A stretch of DNA of 64,000 nucleotides. It comes from Vicinamibacterales bacterium. GTDB taxonomy: Bacteria; Acidobacteriota; Vicinamibacteria; Vicinamibacterales; UBA2999. Each line of letters begins with the position of its first letter. Position 1 is the stretch's first letter. The stretch is from NCBI GenBank assembly GCA_050742535.1, contig JBOGIQ010000002.1:1575-65574 (forward strand). The letters run 5' to 3'. The notes under the pieces were generated by a model, which ran no database searches, had not been told where the DNA came from, and saw only the letters and a program-made list of their open reading frames with translations. The translations under genes were made by a program, and so were the position numbers. This document shows, in pieces, positions 37,480 through 48,045 of this stretch.

Positions 37480-38202
37480 CTACTTCACGGCGAACTTGAA
37501 GTTCTGGCTCTTGGTATCGCTGCCGGTAACCGTCACCGAGGCCGTCTGCGTCCCCAGCCTCTCGTGCCAGGCGGTGATCTCGTAGGTCCCCTTGTCGAGG
37601 CCCGAGATCGTGAACTTCCCGTCCGCGCTCGTTACCGCAAAGAAGGGATGGCTGAAGACGCCGATGTAAGCAATCATCCACGGGTGAACGTCGCACTTGA
37701 CCTGTAACATCGCCTCCGGCTTGGGGAACGACGTGGTCATCTCCTTGACCGTCGCCGGCTGCCCCCGGTTGAACGCCGGGTTGATCTTGGGAAGCGTGTG
37801 GATGTTGTGGAGGATGCCGTCGGAGTTGAGGATCCTGTAGGACTGCCCGACCATGATCCCCGTGATGCGCGGCTTGTACACACAGCCGTCCTGGTTAAGA
37901 ACCACCGGGGTCTTGGGAGCAGGCCATGTCTTTCCAGCTGGAAGCCCCTTCGACACCCAGATCATGATGTTCCCCATGGTGTTGCCGCTGCCGAGGACCA
38001 GCATCTCGTTTGGCGCGGGTTTTCCCGAGTGTTTCTTGTGGCACACGGGTTCGGCGTCCATCGCGAGCGGCTTGAGATTAGGGGCTTTCCCGTCGAAGGC
38101 AACGGTACCGGTGATGGTCGACGCAGCCACAGCGACACCCGGCCAGAGCAACACCCCAACGAACCCAACCGCCAGCCACAACCCGTTCCGTGTCCCGCGC
38201 AT
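37480..38202 (-). CDS. Secreted cupredoxin-like (type 1 copper) protein with CarboxypepD_reg-like C-terminal domain
   Basis: Signal peptide. Candidate T1Cu ligands are His in GILHNIH and an amicyanin-like C-x2-H-x2-M loop (KCDVHPWM). C-terminal ADGKFTISGLDKGTYEITAWHERLG. AAGGAG SD upstream. Confidence 0.7.
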   Translation of the reverse strand: MRGTRNGLWLAVGFVGVLLWPGVAVAASTITGTVAFDGKAPNLKPLAMDAEPVCHKKHSGKPAPNEMLVLGSGNTMGNIMIWVSKGLPAGKTWPAPKTPVVLNQDGCVYKPRITGIMVGQSYRILNSDGILHNIHTLPKINPAFNRGQPATVKEMTTSFPKPEAMLQVKCDVHPWMIAYIGVFSHPFFAVTSADGKFTISGLDKGTYEITAWHERLGTQTASVTVTGSDTKSQNFKFAVK

Positions 38203-38347
38203 GTTCAGCTCCTTCGGTTATCGCAACATTGGTCTCCGTCGTCGCCGTCGACGCTGCTCGCTCACATACCTGCGGCGGACTCTACACTGATCCCAGCCAT
38301 CCCAGCAAGGCTCAGAGCTCCGCCGTTGCCAGGCTCCGGTGGACAGG

Positions 38348-39556
38348 TCAGGCGTTTTCGAACGCCAGCGACTCGGCCAGCCGTGGATCGCGGAGAGGCA
38401 CGAGCGCCTGCCGTCGCATCAGCCAGCTCGCCGCCGCCACGAAGCACCCGCCGATGGCGACGAACGCGGCCACGTCCAGTACCGACACGCGCAGCCCTTC
38501 GGGATGCAGCGTCGGCATCACCTGCCAGTAGAGATCCAGGTAATGCATCGCGAGAAGCCACGCTCCGCCGACGGCCAGCGTCGCTCCATTCCGCTTCACG
38601 GTCCTTCCCATCAGGTAGAAGAACGGCGCCGCGAAATGCCCCGCCATCAGGAAGAGCGAGACCGTCATCCAGGACCCTTCCATCCGCGCTCTGTACCAAG
38701 TCGTTTCCTCGGGAAGGTTGGCGTACCAAATGAGGAAGAACTGGGAGAAGGCGATATAGGTCCAGAACACCGTGAACGCGAAGAGAAGCTTTCCGACATC
38801 GTGCAGGTGTTCGGGGCTGATGACTGTATCGAGCAGCCCGGCCCGGCGCATCGCCGCGGCAACGACCGAGAGAAGCGCGATGAACCCAACGAAGGAACCC
38901 GCGAAGAAATACACCCCGAACATGGTCGAGTACCAGTGCGGGGTGAGCGACATGATCCAGTCGACCGAGGCGAAGGTCTGGGTCAGCGCGAGGACGATGA
39001 TCGCCGGCCCCGCGAGGCGGCGCAGCCGGGCCGATATCCCGGGATCGCCGGTGGCGTCCTGACCGCGCGAACCACGGTAGTACAGAACGGCAATAAAGGA
39101 CCAGATTGTGAAGAAGAGCGCCGCCCGGATCAGGAAGAACGGGACGTTGAGGTATGGCGCCTTCCATTGAAGCAGCGGATCCTCGGCGACGGCCTCGGCG
39201 TGCGACCACTCATACAAATCATGTAGGCCGAGAATCAACGGAAGGAAGAGGGCCGCCATCACCGGGAGCATTGCGAAGGTCGTCTCCCCAATCCGGCGCA
39301 GCACGATCCCCCACCCTCCCTGGGCCGCATACTGGATCAAGACGAAGAAGAGCGCTCCGAGAGCCAGGCTCAGAAAAAACAGAAACGACACGAGCCACGA
39401 GAAGAAGAACTGCTTCGGATTTGCGATCCCCAGAATCGCGGAGGCCGCAATGCCCACCAGGGCGAAGACGAGGGCAATGACTGGAATGCGGTTCCACGGG
39501 TGCCCCGGCGGGATCGTGGCCTGCTCGGGCCGCAGCGAAACGCGTTCGGGGATCAT
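38348..39556 (-). CDS. actF: ACIII ActF-like polytopic membrane subunit (copy 1)
   Basis: Start at ATG 39556 (MIPERV, ATGA overlap with the actD stop). Collinear with the paralog at 50641 (FFFSWLVSFLFFLSLALG vs FFRSWLIAFLLFLGISLG; SVDWIMSLTPHWYSTMFG vs GIDWIMSINPHWYSTLFG). The upstream 104 codons of the track ORF are rejected. Confidence 0.85.
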   Translation of the reverse strand: MIPERVSLRPEQATIPPGHPWNRIPVIALVFALVGIAASAILGIANPKQFFFSWLVSFLFFLSLALGALFFVLIQYAAQGGWGIVLRRIGETTFAMLPVMAALFLPLILGLHDLYEWSHAEAVAEDPLLQWKAPYLNVPFFLIRAALFFTIWSFIAVLYYRGSRGQDATGDPGISARLRRLAGPAIIVLALTQTFASVDWIMSLTPHWYSTMFGVYFFAGSFVGFIALLSVVAAAMRRAGLLDTVISPEHLHDVGKLLFAFTVFWTYIAFSQFFLIWYANLPEETTWYRARMEGSWMTVSLFLMAGHFAAPFFYLMGRTVKRNGATLAVGGAWLLAMHYLDLYWQVMPTLHPEGLRVSVLDVAAFVAIGGCFVAAASWLMRRQALVPLRDPRLAESLAFENA

Positions 39557-40113
39557 TCGGACTCCACGAGCTCGACGCTTCGTGCGCCCAGCGACTCCAG
39601 CAGCTTCCCCGTGGACTCCGGATCGAACCGCGGATCCCACGACTCGATCGAGATGAAGAAGGCGTCGTCGGTCACGCGCTCGAAGACCTTGGATCGGAAG
39701 AGCGGATGGTGGTGCATGGGAAGCCGGTTCAAGCCGAGCATGCCGAAGACGGCGCCCAGCGCAGCGAAGAGAACTCCGAGTTCGAACGTGACCGGAATCA
39801 TGGCGGGCCAGGCGAAGTACGGCTTGCCGCTGATCACCAGGGGCTGGGCGCTGGCGTGGACCCACCACTGCAGGAGGAACCCGAGCGCCGCCCCCGTCAA
39901 TCCAGTGGCGAGGACGATCCAGGGAAGCGGGGAGCGCCGGAGTCCCATTGCTTTCTCGAGGCCGTGGACCGGGAAGGGGCTATGGGCGTCCCACCGTGTG
40001 AAGCCCGCGTCGCGCACCCGTTCGCACGCGTGATAGAGGTCCGCCGGCGTCGCGAATCCGGCGAGGATTCCGTAGTTGGGCCCTTTCGGAAGCTGGGGCA
40101 TGAGGAGCGGCAT
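39553..40113 (-). CDS. actD: ACIII ActD-like subunit (DUF3341) (copy 1)
   Basis: 186 aa. GILAGFATPADLYHACERVRDAGFTRWDAHSPFPVHGL plus two TMs. Paralog of 49472-50023. Confidence 0.85.
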   Translation of the reverse strand: MPLLMPQLPKGPNYGILAGFATPADLYHACERVRDAGFTRWDAHSPFPVHGLEKAMGLRRSPLPWIVLATGLTGAALGFLLQWWVHASAQPLVISGKPYFAWPAMIPVTFELGVLFAALGAVFGMLGLNRLPMHHHPLFRSKVFERVTDDAFFISIESWDPRFDPESTGKLLESLGARSVELVESE

Positions 40114-41612
40114 CAGGAGGCTCCCTCGGGAGCGGGCTCCCCATGCGCTGGCAGCGCGTCTCGGTGGTGCTTGCGCTCGCGTTCGGGCCCGGAATGCGGA
40201 TCGGCCTGCGGCAGAACGGTCTTCACTTCGGACGTCGCCACCATCGGAACGAAGCGCACGAACAGGCAGAACATCGTGAAGAAGAGCCCGAAGCTCCCGA
40301 GCAGGGTCGACACGTCCCAGATCGTAGGAGTGAAGTGCCCCCAGGACGAGGGGAGGAAGTCACGGTGCAGCGACGTCGTGATGATCACGAACCGCTCGAA
40401 CCACATCCCGATGTTGATGATGATCGACATGACGAACAGGATCGGGATGCTCGTGCGCGCCTTCTTGAACCAGAAAACCTGGGGGCTGAGCACGTTGCAC
40501 GAGACCATGATCCAGTAGGCCCACGCGTACGGTCCGCCCGCGCGGTTGAGGAACGTGAAGAACTCGTAGGGGTTCCCGCTGTACCAGGCTGTGAAGAATT
40601 CCGTGGCATAGGCGAAGCCGACCATAGACCCGGTGACGAGCGTGATCTTCGCCATGTAGTCGAAGTGCCGGATGGTGATGATGTGCTCGAGGTGGAACGC
40701 CTTGCGGCAGATCACCATGAGCGTCAGAACCATGGCGAACCCGGAGAAGATCGCGCCCGCGACGAAGTACGGCGGGAAGATCGTCGTGTGCCATCCCGGG
40801 AGGAGGGAAACCGCGAAATCCATCGAGACGATCGAATGAACCGAGAGGACCAGCGGCGTTGCCAGGGCTGCGAGGACGAGATAGGCGCTTTCGTAGTGGT
40901 GCCACTGGCGCACGGAACCCCGCCATCCGAGGGCGAAGAAACCGTAGATGAACTTCCGGGCGTTGGTCTTCGCCCGATCCCGCATCATCGCCAGATCCGG
41001 AATCAAGCCGACGTACCAGAACAGGACCGAGACCGTTCCGTACACGCTGACCGCAAAGACGTCCCAGAGGAGAGGGCTCCTGAAATTGGGCCACATACCC
41101 ATCTGGTTCGGGAGCGGGAACATCCAGTAGGCGACCCAGACCCGTCCGACGTGGATGCCCGGGAACAGCAGGGCGCACATGACGGCGAAGATCGTCATCG
41201 CCTCCGCCGCGCGGTTAATCGAGGTGCGCCATTTCTGCCGGAAGAGGAAGAGGATCGCCGAGATCAGCGTCCCGGCGTGTCCGATCCCGATCCAGAAGAC
41301 GAAGTTCGTGATGTCCCACGACCAGCCGACTGGGACGTTGAGTCCCCAGATGCCAATCCCCTCCCAGAACAGCCACGAGACCGCGACGCCAAGAAGACCG
41401 AGGAGGGCGACGGAAGGGATGAAAAAGAGCCACCAGCCGAGCGGTGTCTTCCGTTCGACGGGCTCCGCGACAGCCTCTGTGATCGAGTGGAAATCCGGCG
41501 AGCGCAGGATCAGCGTAGGGTGGCCCGCGACAGGATTGTCCAGCAGTTCAGCTTCTGTCTGGGCCAAACGTCTCACCGCTCCACTTTGTGAAAAGTTGCG
41601 CGTTTGTATCAT
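40113..41612 (-). CDS. actC: ACIII ActC-like NrfD-family quinol-interacting membrane subunit (copy 1)
   Basis: 499 aa. [54 protein letters not shown] is nearly identical in pattern to the paralog at 48045. Confidence 0.9.
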   Translation of the reverse strand: MIQTRNFSQSGAVRRLAQTEAELLDNPVAGHPTLILRSPDFHSITEAVAEPVERKTPLGWWLFFIPSVALLGLLGVAVSWLFWEGIGIWGLNVPVGWSWDITNFVFWIGIGHAGTLISAILFLFRQKWRTSINRAAEAMTIFAVMCALLFPGIHVGRVWVAYWMFPLPNQMGMWPNFRSPLLWDVFAVSVYGTVSVLFWYVGLIPDLAMMRDRAKTNARKFIYGFFALGWRGSVRQWHHYESAYLVLAALATPLVLSVHSIVSMDFAVSLLPGWHTTIFPPYFVAGAIFSGFAMVLTLMVICRKAFHLEHIITIRHFDYMAKITLVTGSMVGFAYATEFFTAWYSGNPYEFFTFLNRAGGPYAWAYWIMVSCNVLSPQVFWFKKARTSIPILFVMSIIINIGMWFERFVIITTSLHRDFLPSSWGHFTPTIWDVSTLLGSFGLFFTMFCLFVRFVPMVATSEVKTVLPQADPHSGPERERKHHRDALPAHGEPAPEGAS

Positions 41613-41648
41613 CGCGCATGGCGGGAGTCAAGCCGGAGATCCGTAACC

Positions 41649-42437
41649 CTAATCGACGTTCGTCAGCTGCGCGAGGATCGCGTCAATGGGCGCCTTCGCG
41701 CACGCGAACATCGGCGTGTCGCGCTGCGTATAGAGGCTCGCCTCGGTGTATCGCAGCCGCCCTACCAGATCGACGAACTCCTGCGGGTAGTCCGAGTCAA
41801 ACGCCACCACGAAGTCCTGATCGTCAATGCCGTAGCTGTTGCTCGTGTTCAGGCGGACACCCTTGAACGGGGCGGAGGCGGCGATGTGTTCGTCCATCAT
41901 CCCCTGCCGCGCGTGAGGGGAAAGGCGGTACCATGACCGCGTTTTCGTGAAGGGGTACACGAACAGATATTTGCCCTCCCCTGGCAGCAGCTCAATACCC
42001 TCCCCGGCGCCCTTGGTCTTGTTGACATACGGCGACCGGCGCTGCAGCGAGAGGTAGCTGTACACCTGCGACAGGTAGGCGCCCAGCCGCGACCGTCTGA
42101 TCGCCGCTTCCATCGACTGAAAGCTCAGCGGATCGAAGGCAATGCGCCAGAGCATGAAATCGACGTCCGCGCGCAGGCCCACGAGTGAGTACGTGCGGAG
42201 AATCAGGTCGTCCACAGACTCCCACTGCTGCACCAGTTCGATGAACGCGGCCACCGCAACTCGCTGCTCGCCGGCGGGGAGCCGCCGGAATAACGGGTCG
42301 AGCCGGTAGAACGAATAGTTCAGGAACTGCCGACGCTGTCTGTCCGCGCTCTTGCCCGTGACGATCCCCGTCGGATCGAGGTCGACGGAGGGACCGCGGC
42401 GGGGCGGCGGGCCCGTGCCCTCGGGAGAGTGCTCCAT
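41649..42437 (-). CDS. chdC: Chlorite dismutase-family protein, HemQ/ChdC-like coprohaem decarboxylase
   Basis: 262 aa. FLNYSFYRLDP, DFMLWRIA, KYLFVYPFTKTRSWYRLS, NTSNSYGIDDQDFVVAFDSD typical of the family. 36 nt upstream of actC. Confidence 0.8.
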   Translation of the reverse strand: MEHSPEGTGPPPRRGPSVDLDPTGIVTGKSADRQRRQFLNYSFYRLDPLFRRLPAGEQRVAVAAFIELVQQWESVDDLILRTYSLVGLRADVDFMLWRIAFDPLSFQSMEAAIRRSRLGAYLSQVYSYLSLQRRSPYVNKTKGAGEGIELLPGEGKYLFVYPFTKTRSWYRLSPHARQGMMDEHIAASAPFKGVRLNTSNSYGIDDQDFVVAFDSDYPQEFVDLVGRLRYTEASLYTQRDTPMFACAKAPIDAILAQLTNVD

Positions 42438-42500
42438 GGCGAGCGACCGTATGACTCACTGCCACGGATTGTCAAGCACGTGAAGAGGAAGGAGGGAATA

Positions 42501-42800
42501 TCAGGTCCGCGGGGCGCGACGTCGCCGCAAGAACCGCCAAAGCACCACACTTTCGTACACCACCAGTAACACAGCGACCACAGCGCCCAACCCGATCAGT
42601 GCCTGTATGGGATAGAAGAACAGGGCCATCATGAACGGTACGAAGAGCAGCGCGTTGAACATGGCCAGCGAGAGCCCACCCTCAGAACTGACCCAGCTAT
42701 CGAGATAGAAGTGGTTTTTGATGAGCGTTCGCAGCGGATGTACGGGGTGTACGTGCTCTATCTCGTAGGTTATCTCGTCGAACGACCGATTGCGAGGCAT
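42501..42800 (-). CDS. Small membrane protein (hypothetical)
   Basis: Start placed at ATG 42800, which is preceded by AGGAGG 7 nt upstream. 99 aa with two C-terminal TMs. The longer 122-aa ORF has no SD. Confidence 0.55.
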   Translation of the reverse strand: MPRNRSFDEITYEIEHVHPVHPLRTLIKNHFYLDSWVSSEGGLSLAMFNALLFVPFMMALFFYPIQALIGLGAVVAVLLVVYESVVLWRFLRRRRAPRT

Positions 42801-42849
42801 GGGATCACCTCCTGGTTGCGCCGGCCGACTTGGGTTTCCGTAGCGCGTA

Positions 42850-42877
42850 ATACTACGCCCATTTCCCACAACGTCAA
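42850..42877 (-). promoter_or_regulatory. Candidate sigma70-type promoter for the minus-strand small ORF/chdC/actCDF unit
   Basis: On the minus strand: TTGACG (42877-42872), 16-nt spacer, TAGTAT (42855-42850), about 45 nt upstream of ATG 42800. Motif reading only. Confidence 0.3.
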
Positions 42878-42962
42878 GCGAATCTCGTCAAGGCTACCAG
42901 ACGCCATCCGTCATCTTGCAGACCACCCCGGTCAAGTGATTCAGCTGCACAAAACCACACAG

Positions 42963-43619
42963 TTACGGCGGCGCCGGCGCGCCGACGGCCGTCCTGACGA
43001 ACACGCTCTCAGGCAGCGCGCCGAGCATTTCGATCGTGCCGTTGACCACGGTCTTTGGCACGCCGGTCACCTGATAACGCTGCGCCAGATCGATGAACTC
43101 GGTTGCCTCGACGCAGGTGGCGCGAATCAGGGGACTCTCTACTGCCAGCCTGTGCGCGAGCGCGACTGCACGAGGACAGTGTGGGCAGCTCGGGGTCACG
43201 AAGACGAGGATGTCCGTCGGCGCCGTGACGTGCGCCGCGACGAGCGCCTTGCTCTCCGGGGTCAATCCGGATTCGCCGGTGCCTGCCAGGACCAGCGCTT
43301 CAATCAGCGAAACGAACTCGTAGCCCGCCGGCGCCCCGAGAAACCGGATGCGGCTGTCTTCCTCCCCTCGAAGCAGCACCAGCGCGGGGATTCCCTCGAT
43401 CCCATACTGCTTGGCCCGCTCCTTTTCCAGAATGAAATTGACCTGTTCGAGAGAGATCAGGTCGCTGAGGCTGGTGACTTCGTCGAGCACCTGTTTCGCC
43501 ACCAGCACCGTGTCCGGTGCGTCGATGGTCTGAGTAAAAAGAAGGACAGTAACCGGGCTCTTGATGGCGGCCAACCGGGCCGAGACGACCGTCCGGTCCT
43601 GTTCGGACAGCAATGCCAT
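42963..43619 (-). CDS. Glutaredoxin/thioredoxin-like protein disulfide oxidoreductase (two Trx-fold units, one CPHC)
   Basis: 218 aa. The second unit has ILVFVTPSCPHCPRAV and VTGVPKTVVNG (cis-Pro loop). The first unit lacks CxxC. The layout resembles the AhpF N-terminal / archaeal PDO family. Confidence 0.75.
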   Translation of the reverse strand: MALLSEQDRTVVSARLAAIKSPVTVLLFTQTIDAPDTVLVAKQVLDEVTSLSDLISLEQVNFILEKERAKQYGIEGIPALVLLRGEEDSRIRFLGAPAGYEFVSLIEALVLAGTGESGLTPESKALVAAHVTAPTDILVFVTPSCPHCPRAVALAHRLAVESPLIRATCVEATEFIDLAQRYQVTGVPKTVVNGTIEMLGALPESVFVRTAVGAPAPP

Positions 43620-43628
43620 TTAACGGCG

Positions 43629-44075
43629 TCAGAACTTGAAGAGGTCGTCGAACGCCTTCCGCGCATCATCGGTGCGCGGAGTCGTCGTTTCCCGTTCCAC
43701 CGTCGTCCTGGGCGCGAACAGCTCGCAGTTGTTTCGCGTGTTTTTGGGCGAAATGCGGGCCGGAATCGCCTCCATGCATTCGAATCGGCTGCCGGGATCG
43801 AAGGATGCGCATTGAGCGCATGCATGAAGGTCGGTTCCGCATCGAGGGCAGCGGGCGTCGGAGCCGATATCCGCGGACCCGACGTTTCCGCACTGGGCAC
43901 AGCGGACGACCTCCCGGTAGCCGGGCATGTTGATGCTCCTGGGAGCGTCGCGCGAGATCCGGCGCGTACCTGCGGGAGCGCCGGGTTCGGGCGCCGGGCG
44001 GCCGCTCTTGGGCGTCGCCGGGCGGTCGCGGTCGTCGTCCTGGTAGCCCTTCTGGCGGTACTTCCTGTCGCTCAT
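43629..44075 (-). CDS. Zinc-ribbon-containing hypothetical protein
   Basis: 148 aa. CAQCG...CPRCG...CAQC...C Cys pattern flanked by basic, disordered-looking ends. Confidence 0.6.
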   Translation of the reverse strand: MSDRKYRQKGYQDDDRDRPATPKSGRPAPEPGAPAGTRRISRDAPRSINMPGYREVVRCAQCGNVGSADIGSDARCPRCGTDLHACAQCASFDPGSRFECMEAIPARISPKNTRNNCELFAPRTTVERETTTPRTDDARKAFDDLFKF

Positions 44076-44162
44076 ATTGCCATCAGCTTACGCTCATTCG
44101 CCCGTTGAGATAGATCCGCACTGGACGTGAACAACAATGGGTTCCGCGCGCCTGTGGCTCGC

Positions 44163-44191
44163 TTGATCCTTTTTTCACAACGTGGTACATA
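44163..44191 (+). promoter_or_regulatory. Candidate sigma70-type promoter for the canonical actABCDEF-cox operon
   Basis: TTGATC (44163-44168), 17-nt spacer, extended -10 TGg-TACATA (44183-44191), about 80 nt upstream of ATG 44274. Motif reading only. Confidence 0.35.
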
Positions 44192-44273
44192 TCGGGACTG
44201 GCCCCGGGAAAATCTGGCAGTTCGTGCTCTGGTCGCGCACGTCGTCTGGTCGGTCCCGCCCGGTTAATATCCA

Positions 44274-44933
44274 ATGCCCCAGATCTTCCGTCGCAGCGCC
44301 AATACCTTCTCGAAGCTTAGTCTCGCCGGCCTCTTGCTCTTCTTCGCCAGCCTGATTTTTACGGCAATTCTCGTCGCCCGCTCGTCGTACGTCACGCGCG
44401 CCCACGAGTACGTCGAGCAGCCGGTGCAGTTCAGCCACCGCCATCACGTCAAGGACGATGGCATTGACTGCAGGTACTGCCACACGTCGGTCGAAACCTC
44501 CCCTTTTGCCGGGATACCGCCGACGAAGACCTGCATGAACTGCCACTCGCAGATCTGGGCGCAGGCGCCAATTCTCGAGCCGATTCGCGCCAGCTTTCGC
44601 GAGGACCGGCCTTTGCGCTGGATCCGCGTCCACGACCTGCCCGACTTTGTCTATTTCAATCACAGCATCCACGTGAAAAAGGGCATGGGATGCGAGACCT
44701 GTCATGGCCGGATCGATGAGATGCCGCTGACCCTGCAGGAAAACACCCTGCAGATGGAGTGGTGCATCAACTGCCATCGCACCCCCGAGAACTACATACG
44801 GCCGCGCAGCGAGATCTACACGATGGGCTACACGCCGCCCGTACCGCAGTCGGTCATCGGGCCACAGCTGGCGAAGGAATACGAGATCCCCGCCGGGGGC
44901 GCCAATACCAGCTGCTCGACGTGCCATCGGTGA
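44274..44933 (+). CDS. actA: ACIII ActA pentahaem cytochrome c (copy 2)
   Basis: Five CxxCH motifs (CRYCH, CMNCH, CETCH, CINCH, CSTCH) and an N-terminal TM. Confidence 0.93.
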   Translation: MPQIFRRSANTFSKLSLAGLLLFFASLIFTAILVARSSYVTRAHEYVEQPVQFSHRHHVKDDGIDCRYCHTSVETSPFAGIPPTKTCMNCHSQIWAQAPILEPIRASFREDRPLRWIRVHDLPDFVYFNHSIHVKKGMGCETCHGRIDEMPLTLQENTLQMEWCINCHRTPENYIRPRSEIYTMGYTPPVPQSVIGPQLAKEYEIPAGGANTSCSTCHR

Positions 44934-44940
44934 CCCGCCC

Positions 44941-48044
<3,104 letters not shown>

Positions 48045-48045
<1 letters not shown>

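Noticed and set aside
38348-39868. Full 506-aa version of the ActF-like ORF, and the 282-aa version of coxC (35104-35952)
   Set aside because: The N-terminal extensions overlap upstream genes (actD, coxA) and are Arg-rich. Internal ATGs (39556, 35694) match the paralogs' N-termini and give tight start/stop coupling.
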